This document shows, piece after piece, positions 59,144-64,000 of a stretch of DNA of 64,000 nt (its first letter is position 1; the number at the start of each line of letters is the position of its first letter). Location of the stretch: positions 32,001 to 96,000 of the IMG/VR virus record IMGVR_UViG_3300045919_000302; one strand, written 5' to 3'. The notes beneath the pieces are model-generated. The model saw nothing but the letters and a program-made list of their open reading frames with translations. It searched no databases and had not been told where the DNA came from. Position numbers and translations under genes: made by a program. The stretch comes from a virus.

Positions 59144-59838
59144 TGGGCCTCCACGAGCTTGGGCTTCGCCTTGCCGGGGGTAACGCGAAGATGGGTGCCC
59201 TTCTCCAGACGGGCTCCGGGGACCGCCTTCGGATCTACCTTCAGGGCGGTCTCGATTGCCGACTTGCTGTGCTCAAGGGAGAACAACTTCTCAGCAACGC
59301 CACGCTCTTCCTTCGTCAGCTCCAGGCGATAGAAGACGTTCGCGCCCTTCTCAGCCTCGGTCAGATCCTTCCGGAACTCGACGACGCGACCGAGCTTCGC
59401 ACCAATCCAGAACTGGATCATCTCTTCGTCGTAGGCGAAGGACTCGGTGAAGCTGACCTTCATGAAGCCGGTCGGGACCAGAGCTGCGTCGTCGATGATC
59501 GTGCTCGCCCTGGAGTTGTTTTGAACGCGGATGTCCCAGGAGTCTCCGTGGAGCTTCCCGCCGGCAGCCACTGCGGCCTCCTTCATGAGATCCTCGGTGC
59601 GCTCATACATCTCCTGAAGGTAAGCGGCCTGGGCCTTGGCGGCGACGATGCCGGCTTCTAGTCCCGCCCGGAACCGGGCCGCCTGGTCCACCTTACCGCG
59701 CAGGAGGAGGTCCGCGACCTCGCCCAGCTCCTGGACTTCATCGGGGAGGGTGCTGCCGTCTTCGGCCGATTTCTTTTCGAGGTCCGCTTTGTACTGGACC
59801 AGATCCTTCAACGTGATTCCTTTTTTCAACTCAAGCAT
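59140..59838 (-). CDS. Siphovirus Gp157-like protein
   Basis: KVD...coiled coil...VPGARLEKGTHLRV. Confidence 0.65.
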   Translation of the reverse strand: MLELKKGITLKDLVQYKADLEKKSAEDGSTLPDEVQELGEVADLLLRGKVDQAARFRAGLEAGIVAAKAQAAYLQEMYERTEDLMKEAAVAAGGKLHGDSWDIRVQNNSRASTIIDDAALVPTGFMKVSFTESFAYDEEMIQFWIGAKLGRVVEFRKDLTEAEKGANVFYRLELTKEERGVAEKLFSLEHSKSAIETALKVDPKAVPGARLEKGTHLRVTPGKAKPKLVEAQ

Positions 59839-59852
59839 CTTCTTCCCTTTCG

Positions 59853-59885
59853 TTCGGGGGCCAAGAACCTGGCACCCGTAAGTTT
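59853..59885. repeat. Dispersed hairpin element, copy 5
   Basis: TTCGGGGGCCAAGAACCTGGCACCCGTAAGTTT, abutting the helicase TGA. Confidence 0.6.
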
Positions 59886-62287
59886 CACCACCTGAACCCA
59901 GGAGGGCTCACAGTCTTCCAGTTTTTGGCCCCGTATTTTTTCTTACGCGACCGGGCATACACCATCGCCATGCGACACCCGCTGTCCACGAGATCCACGA
60001 CCAGCGGTGGCTTTTTGTCCGGCCTGACGCGCAGGATCCGGCCTACCGCCTGGTAGAGCGTCCCTTGGATCGGCGAGGCCATAACCATGGTGTCCAAGCG
60101 ATCGTTGTTGAATCCGACCGCCAAGAGCTGGGTCGTGGCTACGAGCACCTGGGCCTTCTCGGCGATTGCCCGTTCCTTCTTACCGATTTTCCCGTGCATC
60201 ATCCCCACCACAATCCCATGGGGCTTGAGCTGCTTTGTCAGCTCCTTGAACAAGATCTCGACATGCATCACCCGCTCAGACATCACGAGGACATGCCGGC
60301 CACTCAACGCGGCCTTCACCGCGTTGTTGATGATCACCACATTCCGGACCGGGTTGTTCGTCACCGACTTCAAGAACGGGTTCTTCTGACGATCCAAATC
60401 TCCTTCGCCGGCCCAAATATACTTCGTATCCACGAAGTAGACGGTGGGCTCTAGGACCTTGATGTCACCCATGGCTTTCACGATCGTGCCGATCCCATAC
60501 TTGAAGACGTTTTCAGCTCTGTCCTTGCGCTCCAGCGTGCCGGAGAGGCCGAGAAAGTATTTCGGCCGGAACTTGAAGAGCACCTTCTGGAACTCAGTCG
60601 CGCCGACGTAGTGGACCTCGTCGCAAGCGATCAGGCCGAACTCATCGTAAATGCTCTCAGGATAGTCATCCTTCATCGAGAGTGAGTGGAGCATACCGAT
60701 GCAAATGTCGTTACCCTTCACATCGACCGTCGATCCCTGAATAATTCCCAGCGACCAGTTGGGGAAGAAGCGTTTGATCTCCTTGATCCATTGCTCCATC
60801 AGCACCGTCGTGTGGACGACGATCAGGGTCTTCATCCCCATCCTGCGGGCGGTCTCAAGCGCGAGGACGGTTTTACCGCTGTTGTGGGTGACCGTAAAAT
60901 CGCCCATTACATACAGATGATCCCCATCAAGAGAGAAGCCGTAAAAATCGTCCTCAGGAAGACGCTCAACATCAAAAGCCGTCCTGAGCACGCTCTTCTT
61001 CTGGACTCTCTTTCTCGCCCTTTTCCTGGCGAGCCTCACTGGAACGTCAGCTAATTCACCGGAGATGCACACCCGATAGTAGGTGCCTCCGTTCCCATGT
61101 TGATCTCTCTTCTGGCAAGCCTTCATGTAAGCAGCAAAGCCAAGCGATCTGGCCAAGAAAACCACGCCGGATGCAAGCCTTCTGTCTTTCGAGATGTAAT
61201 CGAATGTGCCGTTTGACAAGCTGCCACCAGTGTCGACGATGCCAGCAAGAAGCCCCAGCCTGTCCTCTCGTGAGGAAGTCAGGTAAACACTGGGAATATG
61301 CTTGAATCTGGTGACATTCAAGCGCCGCAGCTTCGACAAGAAAGCGTTGCTCCCTTTCTTACACCCGACAGCCTTCACTGTGACGGCTCGATTGTTCGGC
61401 AACTCCATCTCAACGGAACTCATACCAATCGAATAGATGTACCGATTCCAATCGAAGATCAGCTCCCTATCCATGGAAGTCAACTCTGCCCGAGCAGCGG
61501 TGCCATCGCCAAGCCAGAGGCCCAGAATGTATGGCGGGATCGGCAGCTCTTTCTTCTGAAACTCAACCGGGACACGGTAAAGTTTGTGAACGCTTTTGAA
61601 CGACTTCGAGCGCGACAAGTAGTCAGCGACTGAGATGTTCACGATCGGGTTGTCGCCCAGGTAGTCCTTTCTTGGAGATTTCGATCCGCGAGGGTAACTC
61701 CTCTTCTTCGTCCTCATGAGAGACAGAATGTGACTCTCGTTAACGACGAACGGATCCCCCTTGGTCGGGGCAATCCTGACCATGCGCTGCCTTCCGCGTT
61801 TGAGTTCGAGAACCGTCCTCGGCTTACTATCTGGACCCATGAGCTGGTCACCGACACGCACATCTTCAACACGCCTCACGGAGCCGTCGAACATCAGGAT
61901 TTCGGTTCCTTTGGCGTGACAGCCCATAGTTGCCTCGATGATCGCACCTCCGAACTCGTTCTCCTTCATGGCTGCGATGGCTCTGGAGATCACATCCTCT
62001 TGGCCTTCGCGTGGAGCGATGGGATCCGCCGGCCTCGGCTGATTGGACCCGACGCTGTACTGGAGGACTGCTTTGGCGTCCGGAAATCTCTTCCTAACTA
62101 TCTTGTTGTAGTATCCTCGCGGGACGCAGAGGTGCTGCTCATCTTCAGCCCAGAGCCGAATCGGATCCGGCATCGGATTGAAAGAGGACGTCGAGACGGG
62201 CACGACCGTCAGCTTCTCTTTAATCATCTCACGGGCGGCGTGCGGCAAATCACTTTTTGAGACACTGACAAGACCACGGTATTTCAT
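59885..62287 (-). CDS. SF2 DEAD/DEAH (UvsW/XPB-like) helicase containing an intein
   Basis: Walker A ATMG/SGKT split by the intein; DEVH; LSGT; QAVGRILR. Confidence 0.9.
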   Translation of the reverse strand: MKYRGLVSVSKSDLPHAAREMIKEKLTVVPVSTSSFNPMPDPIRLWAEDEQHLCVPRGYYNKIVRKRFPDAKAVLQYSVGSNQPRPADPIAPREGQEDVISRAIAAMKENEFGGAIIEATMGCHAKGTEILMFDGSVRRVEDVRVGDQLMGPDSKPRTVLELKRGRQRMVRIAPTKGDPFVVNESHILSLMRTKKRSYPRGSKSPRKDYLGDNPIVNISVADYLSRSKSFKSVHKLYRVPVEFQKKELPIPPYILGLWLGDGTAARAELTSMDRELIFDWNRYIYSIGMSSVEMELPNNRAVTVKAVGCKKGSNAFLSKLRRLNVTRFKHIPSVYLTSSREDRLGLLAGIVDTGGSLSNGTFDYISKDRRLASGVVFLARSLGFAAYMKACQKRDQHGNGGTYYRVCISGELADVPVRLARKRARKRVQKKSVLRTAFDVERLPEDDFYGFSLDGDHLYVMGDFTVTHNSGKTVLALETARRMGMKTLIVVHTTVLMEQWIKEIKRFFPNWSLGIIQGSTVDVKGNDICIGMLHSLSMKDDYPESIYDEFGLIACDEVHYVGATEFQKVLFKFRPKYFLGLSGTLERKDRAENVFKYGIGTIVKAMGDIKVLEPTVYFVDTKYIWAGEGDLDRQKNPFLKSVTNNPVRNVVIINNAVKAALSGRHVLVMSERVMHVEILFKELTKQLKPHGIVVGMMHGKIGKKERAIAEKAQVLVATTQLLAVGFNNDRLDTMVMASPIQGTLYQAVGRILRVRPDKKPPLVVDLVDSGCRMAMVYARSRKKKYGAKNWKTVSPPGFRW
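60881..61921 (-). mobile_element. LAGLIDADG intein (347 aa)
   Basis: Starts CHAKGT, ends VTHN followed by Ser+1; LGLWLGDG. Confidence 0.92.
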
Positions 62288-62362
62288 TTCTGCCTCTCAA
62301 GACAATAGAGAGCCCGACCCCCAGAGAGTGTGTGTGGTGGGGATATCTAGGAGCCGGGCGCT

Positions 62363-62788
62363 CTAACTTGTTACGCCAGTTTGGCCATGCTCATCTTCGC
62401 GGTGACATTTGAAACACAGCCACGTAACTTCCAGAGGCTTCGAGTAATCGTGGTGGTGAGCTTGAACCTTTTTCTCACCACACTTGCACGGCAACCGAAT
62501 CAACCTGCCACCCCTGACTGCGTTATTCACTGCGGCTCTGGCTTTGTGCCTGTCTTCATGCAAGGACCTATGCTTACGCTGATATTCGAGCTTTCTTTGC
62601 TTCCTGTCTGGATCTCGCTCACGCTTGATTTCGTAAGCTTTATATTGATCTTTTCGTTCAGCGTAGTTCCCGCTTGCGTCAGCTTTTGCGCAGGTCTTGC
62701 ACTTATTTAAGTGGCCATCCGCCATCCCTGAGTGACGATAAAAATCACTCAAGGATTTAGACGTCTGACACTTAAAACAAGTCTTCAT
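62363..62788 (-). CDS. HNH-type endonuclease
   Basis: CFKC...CKTC...PCKCG...AHHHDYSKPLEVTWLCFKCH. Confidence 0.8.
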   Translation of the reverse strand: MKTCFKCQTSKSLSDFYRHSGMADGHLNKCKTCAKADASGNYAERKDQYKAYEIKRERDPDRKQRKLEYQRKHRSLHEDRHKARAAVNNAVRGGRLIRLPCKCGEKKVQAHHHDYSKPLEVTWLCFKCHREDEHGQTGVTS

Positions 62789-62799
62789 GGCTCAGCGCA

Positions 62800-63468
62800 T
62801 CAAAAGGGGATGTCCGAGTCTTCTGTTTCGGTGGAAGCGCCGGCATCAGCCGGGGTCTTCGTCAGATCCGTCCGCTTCTGCGTATCCACCGGGGCTCCCG
62901 CGAAGCGCAGGCGGGCCTGAATTATCGAGGCCGGCTGAGGGGCTAGGATCTTCTCCCAGTCGAGCGGCTTGGCAATGTCTGCCGCAAGTTTGGTGAGATC
63001 CACCTTTTCCTTGAGAGTGATGTCGTTACCACAGCGAGGTGACTTCTCTCCGTCGCGGAAGACTTCAACCTTCCATCCGGTGAGATCGCCACCCTTCTCG
63101 GCGCGGCGGCGAGCAAGGAGATCGATCGAGTTGCCGGTGGCAACGAAGCCTTTCTTACTGTACTTGTATTCTTTTCCGTCGCTCCCCTTGTAGGGGGTGA
63201 GATCGAGGAAGCTGCTCCAGATCGTGTCCGTGCCGCGAACACCAGTTCCGCAGCCGAAGCAGTTTTCGTCCTTCGAGCAAATGAAGGTGAGCCACTTACT
63301 CCCCATGGGGACGGTGTGCTCGGTGACTTGGATCTGTTCATCCGCGAGAAAGACGCCAATGCGCTTCTCCCCGTCTTTCAAGCCGAACTTATACATCCAC
63401 AGCTCACGGCCCCCAGTGCTCTGGGCTACTCCGTGGTTCGCGTCTCCGGGCTTCTTGTACCAAGACAT
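62800..63468 (-). CDS. Single-stranded DNA-binding protein
   Basis: Acidic C-terminal tail EDSDIPF; His/Cys Zn motif; next to helicase; AAGGAG RBS. Confidence 0.7.
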   Translation of the reverse strand: MSWYKKPGDANHGVAQSTGGRELWMYKFGLKDGEKRIGVFLADEQIQVTEHTVPMGSKWLTFICSKDENCFGCGTGVRGTDTIWSSFLDLTPYKGSDGKEYKYSKKGFVATGNSIDLLARRRAEKGGDLTGWKVEVFRDGEKSPRCGNDITLKEKVDLTKLAADIAKPLDWEKILAPQPASIIQARLRFAGAPVDTQKRTDLTKTPADAGASTETEDSDIPF

Positions 63469-63578
63469 GGATTGCTCCTTGTGGTCACGTTTGTGACTAT
63501 TTTTGGTCATCTTCGATGACACTGTTTTTCGTATGAGCCATCGTAATCACGACTCAGTACGAATTGTAAATCGATATT

Positions 63579-63827
63579 TTATTTTTTCTCGTACAACGAT
63601 CTCGCCTCGTCGGAAGAACCGGTAGGATCTTTAGTGACGCTGGTCACGATGCGTCGAAGAATCTCGGGAGTGACCGCCGCAAGAACCAGTCCTGCGTCCG
63701 GACGCTTGATGATCTGTTGGTCCTTCTCCAGCTTTACGAGATCCGGGTCTCGGGCGATCACATAGGTGGCAATGCCGTACCCGAGGATGATGCCGAAAAA
63801 TAAAACCACCACCATTGCGAGGATCAT
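63579..63827 (-). CDS. Small membrane protein
   Basis: N-terminal TM helix. Confidence 0.5.
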   Translation of the reverse strand: MILAMVVVLFFGIILGYGIATYVIARDPDLVKLEKDQQIIKRPDAGLVLAAVTPEILRRIVTSVTKDPTGSSDEARSLYEKK

Positions 63828-64000
63828 TTTGAATCTCCCTTGGAAGCGATAACGGTTGAAACCGACTCAACGACATCTCCGACCGAGATTCCGCTCAAGC
63901 AGTGATTCGTCCCGTACTCGCAGGACACGAACGTTACGGGGGGCCTTTGGTTGTGCAAACAGAATCGGCACTCTGTCTTGGGCACGAGCGCCAATGTTTT

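Noticed and set aside
63933-63950. Sixth copy of the dispersed hairpin (GTTACGGGGGGCC)
   Set aside because: Only the left arm matches and it appears to lie inside a coding region
1-64000. Genome-wide TAG recoding (code 15) suggested by the CUA tRNA
   Set aside because: Long genes are intact under code 11, and several TAG stops are followed directly by a new start or RBS (e.g. 24179, 35303, 17855)

Overview
This is a 64 kb segment of a large, tailed, lytic-type dsDNA bacteriophage (jumbo-phage-like). Genes are densely packed and mostly on the minus strand. The left end (1-9.7 kb) is a head/packaging region: the 5' part of an intein-containing large terminase, a tubulin/FtsZ-family (PhuZ/TubZ-like) GTPase, an HNH endonuclease, and otherwise unrelated proteins that share a short D-x-F-G-[LMFI]-P peptide, including an 871-aa GNAT/ParB-like/NUDIX polyprotein. 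17.6-22.2 kb holds Gly-rich and collagen-like fibre genes, an atypical tRNA, and a translation module (amber-containing micro-ORFs, a conserved phage protein, Pth2-type peptidyl-tRNA hydrolase, tRNA with CUA anticodon). The middle is mostly small hypothetical genes plus host-like regulators (CsrA, Fis-HTH, CheY-like, FmdB, RHH), an HldE/RfaE-like kinase, a GHKL ATPase, an intein-containing SNF2 helicase, PAPS-reductase-like proteins and ParB-like proteins. The right end is a replication/recombination block (Cas4-like nuclease, Gp157-like, intein-containing SF2 helicase, HNH, SSB), with an M15 endolysin just upstream in coordinates. Best candidates for new biology: (1) an amber/peptidyl-tRNA-sensing leader controlling a Pth2 + suppressor tRNA operon; (2) a shared capsid-targeting-like tag on nine diverse proteins; (3) repeated leaderless promoters alongside a phage CsrA; (4) a dispersed post-stop hairpin family. 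All calls come from reading motifs by eye; no database searches were run.
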